From Mycobacteriales bacterium (GTDB lineage: Bacteria; Actinomycetota; Actinomycetes; Mycobacteriales; SCTD01), in NCBI GenBank assembly GCA_046593875.1, contig JBKJQQ010000241.1:18455-82454 (forward strand): a stretch of DNA of 64,000 nucleotides, given 5' to 3'. Every line of letters starts with the position of its first letter. Within the stretch, counting starts at the first letter, position 1. The position numbers and the translations under genes are program-made. Below, one piece after another: positions 9,547 to 17,431 of this stretch. Under the pieces are notes generated by a model. That model worked only from the letters and a program-made list of their open reading frames with translations. It searched no databases and was not told where the DNA came from.

Positions 9547-10101
9547 CTAGAGCAGACCCGCCAGCAGCACCAGGCCGAGGACGGCGAACAGCCCAGCGGT
9601 GCCCAGGCGCACAGCCCGGACCGGCAGGCGCCGGAACAGCGCCATGCCCAGCACGATGGCCAGCGCGTCGGCCAGCACGAAGCCCACTGTGCCGCCCAGC
9701 CACGTCCACAGTGGCGCCTCGCGGGTGGCCAGTGCCGCGGTCGCCAGCATCGTCTTGTCGCCCAGCTCGGCGACGAACAGCGCCCCGAAGCTCAGCAGCA
9801 CGGTCGAGCCCGCGCGGGCAGGGGTCAGCGGTCCGGCGTCGTCACTGCGGCGCAGGACGAGCGCGGCGGCCACCAGGAAGCTCAGTGCCGCGACGACCGT
9901 GACGGTGCGCAGGGGGACGGCGGAGGCCAGTGCGGCGCCGAGGCCGGCCGACAGGCCCTGCAGCAGCAGTGCGGCCAGGCTGACTCCCGCGAGGACCTGC
10001 AGCGCCGGCCGCCGGGCCGCGAGGGTCATCGCCAGCAGCTGGCTCTTATCGCCGAGCTCGGCGAGGAACACCACGCCGAGGGCGAGCAAGAAGGCGTACA
10101 A
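9547..10101 (-). CDS. GDT1/TMEM165 (UPF0016) family cation (Mn2+/Ca2+) transporter
   Basis: Two copies of the family motif: LAELGDKSQLLAMTLA and VAELGDKTMLATAALA. I place the start at in-frame TTG 10101, with GGAGA 7 nt upstream, because the longer ORF covers the riboswitch-like leader. Confidence 0.8.
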   Translation of the reverse strand: MYAFLLALGVVFLAELGDKSQLLAMTLAARRPALQVLAGVSLAALLLQGLSAGLGAALASAVPLRTVTVVAALSFLVAAALVLRRSDDAGPLTPARAGSTVLLSFGALFVAELGDKTMLATAALATREAPLWTWLGGTVGFVLADALAIVLGMALFRRLPVRAVRLGTAGLFAVLGLVLLAGLL

Positions 10102-10108
10102 CGCGTCT

Positions 10109-10126
10109 CCGTCCCGGCCGGGACGG
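10109..10126 (-). promoter_or_regulatory. perfect 18-nt palindromic hairpin abutting the Shine-Dalgarno of the GDT1 gene (candidate riboswitch expression platform)
   Basis: mRNA sense reads CCGUCCCGGCCGGGACGG-AGACGCG-UUG. The 3' arm overlaps the first Gs of the GGAG. Confidence 0.4.
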
Positions 10127-10164
10127 CTGCGGGGGGACGCCTCCGGCCCGGCAGTCGTCTGCCG

Positions 10165-10278
10165 TGGGCCGAAGGTCTCGCCCGCCCACCTCGAGAGGTG
10201 GACCCGGCTGACCGGGCTTGCCCGAGGGCGCGCCAGCATGTCGACCAACCGGTGAGGGGGCTACTCCCCTTCGTTCGT
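10165..10278 (-). promoter_or_regulatory. probable yybP-ykoY (Mn2+) riboswitch aptamer
   Basis: mRNA sense: CGAAGGGGAGUAGCC...GGUUGGUCGACAUGC...GGGCGAGACCUUCGG. This contains the near-invariant GGGGAGUAG loop, a UUGACAU-like segment, an AGACC segment, and a closing CGAAGG/CCUUCG helix. It sits directly upstream of a UPF0016 gene, a classic downstream gene class for this riboswitch. Confidence 0.6.
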
Positions 10279-10297
10279 ACGAGGAGCAGTCTAGCGG

Positions 10298-11404
10298 TCA
10301 GCCGAGCCGGACGAGGCGGACCGACGGGGCGTCGTACACGCGGCGGACCACGACGCGGCCCAGGGTGGCCGAGGCGTCGACCATGTAGCCGTGCCCGAGG
10401 TAGACGCCCAGGTGCGGCTGGTCCGGGCGGTCGTAGACGACCAGGTCGCCGACGCGGGCATCGGCCAGCGCGACCGGCTTCGCCTTGGCCAGCAGGGCTT
10501 TCCGGTCGCTGGGGAGCGCCCCTCCCCCGGCGTGCTTCCACGCGGCGGTGACCAGCGAGACGTCGTTCCAGGCGGTGGGTCCGACGGGGCGGCCCGCGAC
10601 GGACTTGGCGTTGGCGGCGGACTTGAGGGCGAGGGTGCTGGAGGGGGCCTTCTGGACGCCGGGCAGGCCGGCGAGCGGGGCGAGGGCGGGCTTGGCGGCG
10701 GGCTTGGCGACAGCGGTCGGCTTGGCGATCGGCTTGGCGACCGGCTTGGCCACCGGCTTGGCGATCGGCTTGGCCACCGGCTTGACGACCGGCTCGGTGC
10801 TCGTCGTCGTCCCGCTGATCGACCGGGGCGCGGCGGCAGCGGCCGGTGAGTCGGCCACCGGTGCTGAGGGCAGCGGCGCAGGCAGCGGGGGCGGCGTCCA
10901 CGGCGTGACGGCGGGCATCCCCGGCCGGGGTACCCGTCCGTACCGCACCACGCCGGTCGACCAGATCCGCCGCTCGACGACGGTGGACTTGGACCGCCCG
11001 GCGTCGAGCATGTAGCCGCCGCCGGACACGATCCCGACGTGCGTGACGGGGTGGCCGAAGAAGACCAGGTCACCGCGCAGCGCCTGCTCCTGCGGGATCG
11101 GCACCACCCAGGCCTGCTGGTCGCGGGAGACGCGTGGCATGTCCTCGGCGCCGCCGACCGTCCGCCACAGCGAGGTGAATCCCGAGCAGTCCCAGCCGTC
11201 CGGGCCGTTCCCGCCCCAGACGTAGGGGTCGCCGAGCTGGTTGCGGGCGACGTGCAGCACGTCCGCGGCGGCCTGGTCCGGTGCGCCGTCCAGCGGCGAG
11301 GCGGCCCCGCTCTTGGCGAAGGTGGTGCCGCCGGCGAGGGCCAGGCAGGCCAGGACGAGACCGACAGCGCGCAGACGCAGTCCGGATGTGCGGACGTGCG
11401 ACAC
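10298..11404 (-). CDS. secreted NlpC/P60 peptidoglycan endopeptidase with a second, Cys-less NlpC/P60-like domain
   Basis: GTG 11404 is preceded by AGGAGG. It has a signal peptide. The catalytic domain contains GDPYVWGGNGPDGWDCSGF ... THVGIV. The C-terminal domain contains GDLVVYDRPDQPHLGVYLGHGYMVDA but has NDVSLV where DCSG is expected. Confidence 0.85.
   Translation of the reverse strand: MSHVRTSGLRLRAVGLVLACLALAGGTTFAKSGAASPLDGAPDQAAADVLHVARNQLGDPYVWGGNGPDGWDCSGFTSLWRTVGGAEDMPRVSRDQQAWVVPIPQEQALRGDLVFFGHPVTHVGIVSGGGYMLDAGRSKSTVVERRIWSTGVVRYGRVPRPGMPAVTPWTPPPLPAPLPSAPVADSPAAAAAPRSISGTTTSTEPVVKPVAKPIAKPVAKPVAKPIAKPTAVAKPAAKPALAPLAGLPGVQKAPSSTLALKSAANAKSVAGRPVGPTAWNDVSLVTAAWKHAGGGALPSDRKALLAKAKPVALADARVGDLVVYDRPDQPHLGVYLGHGYMVDASATLGRVVVRRVYDAPSVRLVRLG
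10688..10789 (-). repeat. tandem 12-nt repeat (about 8 units) encoding the (KP[VIA]A)n linker
   Basis: Plus strand reads cggcttggcgat / cggcttggcgac / cggcttggccac ... The protein reads VKPVAKPIAKPVAKPVAKPIAKPTAVAKPAAKPA. Confidence 0.9.
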
Positions 11405-11486
11405 GGCGCGCCTCCTGGTGTTCGAGTGACTGATGTTGTACCGGTCCTCGGCGCGCTTGGGGGGCTGCCTGAGCAATCAGGACGAA

Positions 11487-11927
11487 CTACACGGTTGTGA
11501 CCTGCTCCTGCAGCGCCCGCACGCCGAGGGCGGTCGCCCCGGCGGCGACGACCACCAGCCCGAGGCCGGCCCCCTTGCTGACCCGGCCCTTGAGCAGGGC
11601 GCCGGTCACGGCGAGGGCGTCCACGCCGTCGGACAGCACCCCGCCGGCCAGCCACAGCCGGGAGGCTGCGCGGTCGGGGCTGCGCAGCGCGGCGAAGGTC
11701 CCCAGACCGAGCGCGATCTCCCGGGCGCCGAGCATCTGCACGGCCCAGCCCATCTTGGTGGCGCTCGCCGAGTCGACGCCGAGCGCCTGCGGGACCGCAC
11801 GCGGCCGGACGACCATCACCGTGCCGATGCCCGCGCGGCCCAGCGCGAGCTGCGTCGGCGTCGCCCGGTCGAGCACCGCCTGCAGTGCCGACCGGCGAGC
11901 GATCTGGGGGCGGGTGCGCAGCAGCAT
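11487..11927 (-). CDS. hypothetical membrane protein
   Basis: In-frame ATG at 11927 (MLLRTRPQIARR...) avoids overlapping rbpA. The protein has hydrophobic Gly/Ala-rich segments. I recognise no family. Confidence 0.35.
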   Translation of the reverse strand: MLLRTRPQIARRSALQAVLDRATPTQLALGRAGIGTVMVVRPRAVPQALGVDSASATKMGWAVQMLGAREIALGLGTFAALRSPDRAASRLWLAGGVLSDGVDALAVTGALLKGRVSKGAGLGLVVVAAGATALGVRALQEQVTTV

Positions 11928-12051
11928 GCGGGCTCCAGGGGGTGCGGGGGCGACGCCGAACGGCGCCGCAGGTGTCCGCGGCGCTGTGCCGGGAATCCTC
12001 CAGGCTGTCTGCACGTTGTCACGGCAGACGTCCTGACCCTGGAGGCACCCC

Positions 12052-12438
12052 ATGAGCGACCGCGTCCTGCGAGGCACCCGACTCGGCTCGGTGAGCTACG
12101 AGAGCGACCGCCACACCGAGTTCGCGCCTCGCCAGCGGACCGCTTACGACTGCGCCAACGGCCACGAGACGGCCATGCCGTTCGCCGCCGAGGCCGAGAT
12201 CCCGTCGAGCTGGGAGTGCCGCGTCTGCGGTGCCACCGCGCTGCTCCGCGACGGCGCTCAGCCCGAGGAGAAGAAGGGCAAGCCGGCCCGCACCCACTGG
12301 GACATGCTGCTCGAGCGCCGCTCCACCGCCGAGCTCGAGGAGGTCCTGGCCGAGCGCCTGGCCGTCCTGCACGACCACCAGGGCAAGGTCAAGGCGGCGC
12401 TCAAGAGCGAGCGCGCCAAGGACAGGAAGAGCGCCTAG
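12052..12438 (+). CDS. rbpA: RNA polymerase-binding protein RbpA
   Basis: RGTRLGSVSYESDRHTEFAPRQ, CANGHE ... WECRVCG, and ARTHWDMLLERRSTAELEEVLAERL are the hallmark RbpA core, basic linker and sigma-interacting domain. A GGAGG RBS is present. Confidence 0.9.
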   Translation: MSDRVLRGTRLGSVSYESDRHTEFAPRQRTAYDCANGHETAMPFAAEAEIPSSWECRVCGATALLRDGAQPEEKKGKPARTHWDMLLERRSTAELEEVLAERLAVLHDHQGKVKAALKSERAKDRKSA

Positions 12439-12453
12439 TACCTGCTCGTACGA

Positions 12454-12480
12454 CGGGCCGCCTCCCTCGGAGGCGGCCCG
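12454..12480 (+). terminator. stem-loop after rbpA (12-bp perfect stem, 3-nt loop)
   Basis: cgggccgcctcc-ctc-ggaggcggcccg followed by ttcgccttccttcc, 16 nt after the stop codon. Confidence 0.65.
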
Positions 12481-12638
12481 TTCGCCTTCCTTCCCCAGGG
12501 CCGCTCCCCCGCGGCCGGCCCCTCGGGGCCCACGCCCGGCCGGCCCTCCCGGCCGCGATCTTCCTCGCGTGCACCGCGACACGCGTGCAGACCGTGCACG
12601 CCGCAGCAGCCCGGAGATCCTGGAAGAGCAGCGACATG

Positions 12639-13157
12639 TCAGGCGGGCGGCAGCGGGCGCGGCGAAGGCGGTGGGCCGTCGCCCTCGTCTGCAGGCGGGC
12701 CCGGGGACGGGTCCACGACCTCGCCGTCCACCACGGTGCCGCGTCCGGGGCGGCGCATCCGGTCCGCCGCGAGCCCGCCCACCAGTCCGGCCACACCCAG
12801 CCGCTTGGTCACGAGTCCGAGGACGACCCGCCGGAGCGCGGCGCGGGTCGGCGGCAGCACGCAGGCCAGCCCGAAGACGTCCGTGGCGAAACCCGGCGTG
12901 AGCAGCAGGGCCCCGCCCAGGATGACCAGCGCCCCGTCGGCCACCTCCTTCGCGGGTACCCGCCCGGACTCCAGCGCCGACCGGAACGCCCTCCACGTAC
13001 GAGCCCCCTCGCGCCGCAGCAGGTAGGCGCCCAGGACGGACATGACCAGCAGCAGGGCGATCGTCGGCAACGCGCCGATGACCTGTCCGACCTGAACCAG
13101 CACGTAGATCTCGATGAGCGGGACGACGACCAGCGCAACGACCAGCAGGGCGGGCAC
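12639..13157 (-). CDS. fxsA: FxsA family membrane protein
   Basis: N terminus LIEIYVLVQVGQVIGALPTIALLLVMSVLGAYLLRREG and LLLTPGFATDVFG are typical FxsA. Confidence 0.8.
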   Translation of the reverse strand: MPALLVVALVVVPLIEIYVLVQVGQVIGALPTIALLLVMSVLGAYLLRREGARTWRAFRSALESGRVPAKEVADGALVILGGALLLTPGFATDVFGLACVLPPTRAALRRVVLGLVTKRLGVAGLVGGLAADRMRRPGRGTVVDGEVVDPSPGPPADEGDGPPPSPRPLPPA

Positions 13158-13158
13158 G

Positions 13159-13908
13159 TCAGGTCCTGACCGGGGGCCGGACGCCGCGGGAGCGGCCGGA
13201 GCGCAGCCCCCACCAGGCCACCCGCCAGACCGCCTCGAGCACGATGGAGCGGTTCATCTTGGACTCGCCGCGCTCGCGCTCGACGAAGGTGATCGGGACC
13301 TCGACGACCTTCCAGCCGCCCTTCCAGGCTTGCCACGCCAGGTCGATCTGGAAGCAGTAGCCCTGCGAGGCCACCTGTGCGAGCGGCAGCGCGTCGAGCA
13401 CCTCGCGCCGGTAGGCCCGGTAGCCACCGGTCGCGTCCTGCACCGGCAGGCGGAGCAGCGTGCGGGCGTAGGCGCTGCCACCGCGGCTGAGGATCTCGCG
13501 TGACTTCGGCCAGTTGACGACCGAGCCCCCCGGTACCCAGCGGCTGCCGAGCACGAGGTCGGCGTGCTCGAGCGCGGCCAGTAGCCGCGGCAGCTGCTCG
13601 GGCTGGTGCGAGCCGTCGGCGTCCATCTCGACGACGACGTCGTACCCGTGCTCCTTCGCCCACGCGAAGCCGGCGATGTACGCCCCGCCGATGCCGTTCT
13701 TCTCGGTCCGGTGCAGCACGTGGACGCGCGGGTCGCCGGCGGCCAGCCGGTCCGCGATGACGCCCGTGCCGTCGGGGCTGTTGTCGTCGACGACAAGCAG
13801 GTGCACGGTCGGGACCGCGGTCAGCAGCCGCCCAGCGATGATCTCGAGGTTGTCCTTCTCGTCGTAGGTCGGGACGATCACCAGGACGCGGTCGAGGGGC
13901 GCCCTCAC
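13159..13908 (-). CDS. ppm1: polyprenol-phosphate mannosyltransferase (GT2, Ppm1/Dpm1-like)
   Basis: VIVPTYDEKDNL, VVDDNSPDGTG, VEMDADGSHQP, FVERERGESKM. The GTG start overlaps the lnt stop (GTGA). Confidence 0.85.
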   Translation of the reverse strand: MRAPLDRVLVIVPTYDEKDNLEIIAGRLLTAVPTVHLLVVDDNSPDGTGVIADRLAAGDPRVHVLHRTEKNGIGGAYIAGFAWAKEHGYDVVVEMDADGSHQPEQLPRLLAALEHADLVLGSRWVPGGSVVNWPKSREILSRGGSAYARTLLRLPVQDATGGYRAYRREVLDALPLAQVASQGYCFQIDLAWQAWKGGWKVVEVPITFVERERGESKMNRSIVLEAVWRVAWWGLRSGRSRGVRPPVRT

Positions 13909-15464
13909 GCGGCCCTCCGGCGGGCGGCCAGCCCGAGCCCGACCAGCCCCAGGGCGGCCAGGACGGCCTCGGGCCGGGCACCGACGCGGGTCGCCAGCGT
14001 GGTCCCGGTACGCACCGGCACGTCGCGCACGAGCGTCGCGCGCGTGAAGACGCCTGCTTCGTCGACGATCTCGCCGTCGGGCGCGATCACGGCACTGATA
14101 CCGCTCGTCGCCGCGACGAGCACCGCGCGGCCGTGCTCCACCGCCCGCAGCCGGCCCATGGCCAGCTGCTGGACGGTCTCGCCGCTGCGCCCGAAGGTCG
14201 CGTTGTTGGTCTGCACGACGAGCAGCCTTCCCCCTCCGGTCACGACGTCGCGCACCAGGTCGTCGTAGGCCACCTCGAAGCAGATGACGTCGCCCAGCCG
14301 CACCGGACCGACGTCCAGCACCCCTACCTCGGACCCCTTCGCGAAGTCGCGGGGGACGAGGTCGACCTTTCTGGTGATCTTACGGACCAGCGAGCGGTAC
14401 GGGATGTACTCGCCGAACGGGACGGGGTGCCGCTTCACGTACCGCTTGCCCGGCCCGGAGACCGGGTCCCAGACGATGCCGGCGTTGCTGACCTGGTCGC
14501 CCGGCCCCTGAAGGACCGCCCCGACGAGCACCGGCACGCCGATGTCCTTCACCGCCGCGTCGATGAGGTCGTACGCCGCCCGGTCGGTGAAGGGGTCGAT
14601 GTCGGAGGCGTTCTCCGGCCACAGGACCAGCTCCGGCGCCTGCTGCCGACCGGCGCGGATGTCGGCGGCGAGCTCACGGGTGGCCGTCACGTGGTTGGTG
14701 AGCACCGCCGCGCGCTGCGCGTTGAAGTCCAGCCCGAGCCGCGGGACGTTGCCCTGGACGACCGCGACCCGGACGGTGTCGCCACCGGTCGGCACGGGGA
14801 CGAGCGCAGCCGCACCGACGGCCAGCCCGACAGCGCCGAGCACCACCGGGAGCCGGCGGACCGCCAGGACCGACCACGCCAGCGCCCCGGCGAGCAGCGC
14901 CACGACGAACGTGAGCAGCGGCGCTCCGCCGAGCGCGACGAGCGGGGTGAGCGCGGAGTCGCCCTGGCTGAAGGCCAGCCGCCCCCACGGGAAGCCGCCG
15001 AACGGGATCCGGTCCCGCAGCGCCTCCTGCCCCACCCACAGCGTCGCGGTCCACACCGGCCAGCCGGGCGCACGCACCGCGACGGCCAGCGCGGCGCCGA
15101 GCAGCGCGAAGAAGGAGGCCTGCAGCAGCGCCAGCGCGATCAGGGCGCCGACCCCGGCCTGCGCGGCGGTCCACTCGACCAGCGGGAGGAACAGCGCCAG
15201 CCCGTGCAGCAGGCCGAGCAGCGCGCCCCTGCGGGCGCTCGCGCCCCGGCAGACGAGCGTCAGCAGGGCGACGCCGGGCAGGGCCAGCCACGGGAGATCC
15301 GCCGGCGGAAAGGCGGCGTAGAGGAGCAGCCCGCTGGCGAGCGCGCCCAGGGGGCGCCACCCCGGGAACGGGAACAGCCGGCGGTGCGGCTCCCTCGACG
15401 GCATCGAGGCCCGCTCCGCCGGCTGCTGCAGGCTCAAGGCTGCCCGGCTCTCCACCGGCTCCAT
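13905..15464 (-). CDS. lnt: apolipoprotein N-acyltransferase
   Basis: Polytopic N terminus plus a CN-hydrolase domain: VVQGNV, LVLWPE, KRHPVPFGEY, ICFE, LVVQTNNATFG. Confidence 0.85.
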   Translation of the reverse strand: MEPVESRAALSLQQPAERASMPSREPHRRLFPFPGWRPLGALASGLLLYAAFPPADLPWLALPGVALLTLVCRGASARRGALLGLLHGLALFLPLVEWTAAQAGVGALIALALLQASFFALLGAALAVAVRAPGWPVWTATLWVGQEALRDRIPFGGFPWGRLAFSQGDSALTPLVALGGAPLLTFVVALLAGALAWSVLAVRRLPVVLGAVGLAVGAAALVPVPTGGDTVRVAVVQGNVPRLGLDFNAQRAAVLTNHVTATRELAADIRAGRQQAPELVLWPENASDIDPFTDRAAYDLIDAAVKDIGVPVLVGAVLQGPGDQVSNAGIVWDPVSGPGKRYVKRHPVPFGEYIPYRSLVRKITRKVDLVPRDFAKGSEVGVLDVGPVRLGDVICFEVAYDDLVRDVVTGGGRLLVVQTNNATFGRSGETVQQLAMGRLRAVEHGRAVLVAATSGISAVIAPDGEIVDEAGVFTRATLVRDVPVRTGTTLATRVGARPEAVLAALGLVGLGLAARRRAA

Positions 15465-15642
15465 CCTGCCTGATGACAGTGCCGACGGGAGTCCACCAGG
15501 GCAGGCGCTCAGGGCACTTCGGACCGACCGGACGGCCGCTGGGAGCGACCGGCCTGCCGTTGTCTACTGAGCCCCGGACGCCTGCCCGTGGGTGGACCGA
15601 GGGGGAGGTTAGTGGGCACCGCCCTTCACCTGTCAACAGGCC

Positions 15643-15679
15643 CCTGACCTGCAGGTTCGTACTGTTTCCGCAGGTCAGG
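15643..15679 (-). terminator. possible stem-loop downstream of the amidohydrolase gene (10-bp stem, 17-nt loop)
   Basis: cctgacctgc ... gcaggtcagg, about 47 nt beyond the stop codon on the minus strand. Confidence 0.3.
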
Positions 15680-15725
15680 ACGGGTGCCGAGGACACCCTC
15701 CGTTCGGGCCTTGATTACTCGTCGT

Positions 15726-17288
15726 TCATGTGCTCCACACGGTGTCTCCGCGGACCACCGTGCGGCGGCAGGCCGGATCGTCCCCGGACAGGTCCGGCAG
15801 ACCGGCCACGCCGGCCCGCGGATCGGTGGACCAACCGGCGACGCGGTCGTCCGGCGCCTGGACGACGAGCTCGCCCGGGACGTCCCACACGGCGAAGGTG
15901 GCGGGAGCCCCGGGCGCCAGCTCGCCGGCGTCGTCGATGCGCGCAGCGCGCCACCCGCCGCGGGTGTGCGCGCTGAAGGCCGCCCGTGCCGACAGTCTGC
16001 TCGCGGGCGTGTGGTGCTGCACCGCGGCGCGCACCCCGCCCCAGGGGTCGAGCGGCGTCACGGGCGCGTCCGAGCCGAAGGCCAGCGGCACCCCGGCGGC
16101 GGCGAGGGCGGCGAGGGGGTTGGAGTCACGGGTGCGCTCCCAGCCCAGGCGGGCCTCGTACAGCCCGCCCCGACCGCCCCACCGCGCGTCGAAGGCCGGC
16201 TGCACGCTGGCGACCAGGCCGAGCCGGCCCATCTCGCTGATGTGCTGCGGGAGGGGGACCTCGACGTGCTCGATCCGGTGACGGGCGGCGCGCAGGACGT
16301 CCACCCCGACCGTCTGTGCGGCTGCGGCGTAGCCGTCGAGCACCGCGGTGAGGGCGGCGTCCCCGATCGCGTGGAAGCCGGCCTGCAGGCCCGCCAGCGT
16401 GCACTCCACGACGTGCTCCGTGACCTGCTCGGCGCTGAGGTAGGCGTAGCCGGTGGTGTCCGCGTCGTCGTACTGCCGGTGCAGGCAGGCCGTGTGGCTG
16501 CCCAGGGAGCCGTCGGCGAACAGGTCGCCGCCCGCGGCCACGGCGCCGAGCTCGCGGGCCCGCACGGCGCCCCCGATCTCGCCCCAGTAGCCGAGCACGT
16601 CCGGGCCGGGCTCGTCGGCGGCCAGCGCGAGCAGAGCGGTGAAGTCGTCCTCGCCGTCGATGCCGGGGCCGCCGCACTCGTGCAGGCAGGCGATCCCCAG
16701 GCTCGCCGCGTGCGCGCGCACGGCCCGCTGCGCGTCCCGCCGTTGCGAGAGCGGCAGCCCCGCGAAGGCGGCGCGGCGTACGACGGAGTGCTCCTCCTCG
16801 CGGACCCAGCCGTCCTCCGACCGGATCTCGGGCGTGAGCGCGAGCAGCGCGCTGGAGGCGACGGCGCTGTGGCAGTCGGTACGGGCCAGGTAGACGACGC
16901 CGCCGTAGCTGGCCCGGTCGAGCTCCTGGCGGGTGGGCGCCCGCCGCTCGGGCCAGCCGTCCTCCTCCCAGCCGGCGCCGAGGACCACTCCCCCGCGGGC
17001 CTGCCGCGCGGCCTGCTCGACGCGGTCGAGCAGCACCGCCAGCGACGGCGCCGACGCCAGGTCGAGGCCGCTCAGCGTCAGGCCCGTGCCGGTGGCGTGC
17101 ACGTGCGCGTCGACGAAGGCCGGGGCCAGCCAGCCGTCCTCGAGGTCGACGGTGCTGTCCGCGCTCATGCCGTCGGCGGCGCCCTCGCTGCCGACCCAGG
17201 CGACGGTCGCGCCGTCGACGAGCAGCGCGGTCGCGAACGGATCGGCCGGGCTGCGCACCCGGCCGTGGCGGTAGAGCGTCGTGGTCAC
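15726..17288 (-). CDS. amidohydrolase-family metal-dependent hydrolase (YtcJ-like)
   Basis: FVDAHVHATGTG near the N terminus, HAIGDAA, RIEHVE, and GSDAPVTPLDPW near the C terminus. Confidence 0.8.
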   Translation of the reverse strand: MTTTLYRHGRVRSPADPFATALLVDGATVAWVGSEGAADGMSADSTVDLEDGWLAPAFVDAHVHATGTGLTLSGLDLASAPSLAVLLDRVEQAARQARGGVVLGAGWEEDGWPERRAPTRQELDRASYGGVVYLARTDCHSAVASSALLALTPEIRSEDGWVREEEHSVVRRAAFAGLPLSQRRDAQRAVRAHAASLGIACLHECGGPGIDGEDDFTALLALAADEPGPDVLGYWGEIGGAVRARELGAVAAGGDLFADGSLGSHTACLHRQYDDADTTGYAYLSAEQVTEHVVECTLAGLQAGFHAIGDAALTAVLDGYAAAAQTVGVDVLRAARHRIEHVEVPLPQHISEMGRLGLVASVQPAFDARWGGRGGLYEARLGWERTRDSNPLAALAAAGVPLAFGSDAPVTPLDPWGGVRAAVQHHTPASRLSARAAFSAHTRGGWRAARIDDAGELAPGAPATFAVWDVPGELVVQAPDDRVAGWSTDPRAGVAGLPDLSGDDPACRRTVVRGDTVWST

Positions 17289-17431
17289 GCCGGCGAGGGT
17301 ACGGACGCCCGGCCCGCCTGGGGAGTGATCCCCGTGGCTGGCCGCGGCATCCGCTTCCCGGAGCCAGCAACACGGGAGATCTTCCGGCCCAATTGCTTTC
17401 CTGCAGGCGGATCGCCGTCTACCGTGCGGGG

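Noticed and set aside
10102-10248. Long N-terminal extension of the GDT1/UPF0016 ORF (track start 10248)
   Set aside because: The extension encodes no transporter-like sequence and coincides with the riboswitch-like leader and hairpin. Family members are about 185-190 aa and begin just before the first ELGDK motif.
11405-11486. Possible cyclic-di-AMP (ydaO) riboswitch upstream of the NlpC/P60 gene, as seen for some actinobacterial wall hydrolases
   Set aside because: Only 82 nt are available before the next gene, and none of the conserved ydaO segments I remember are present.
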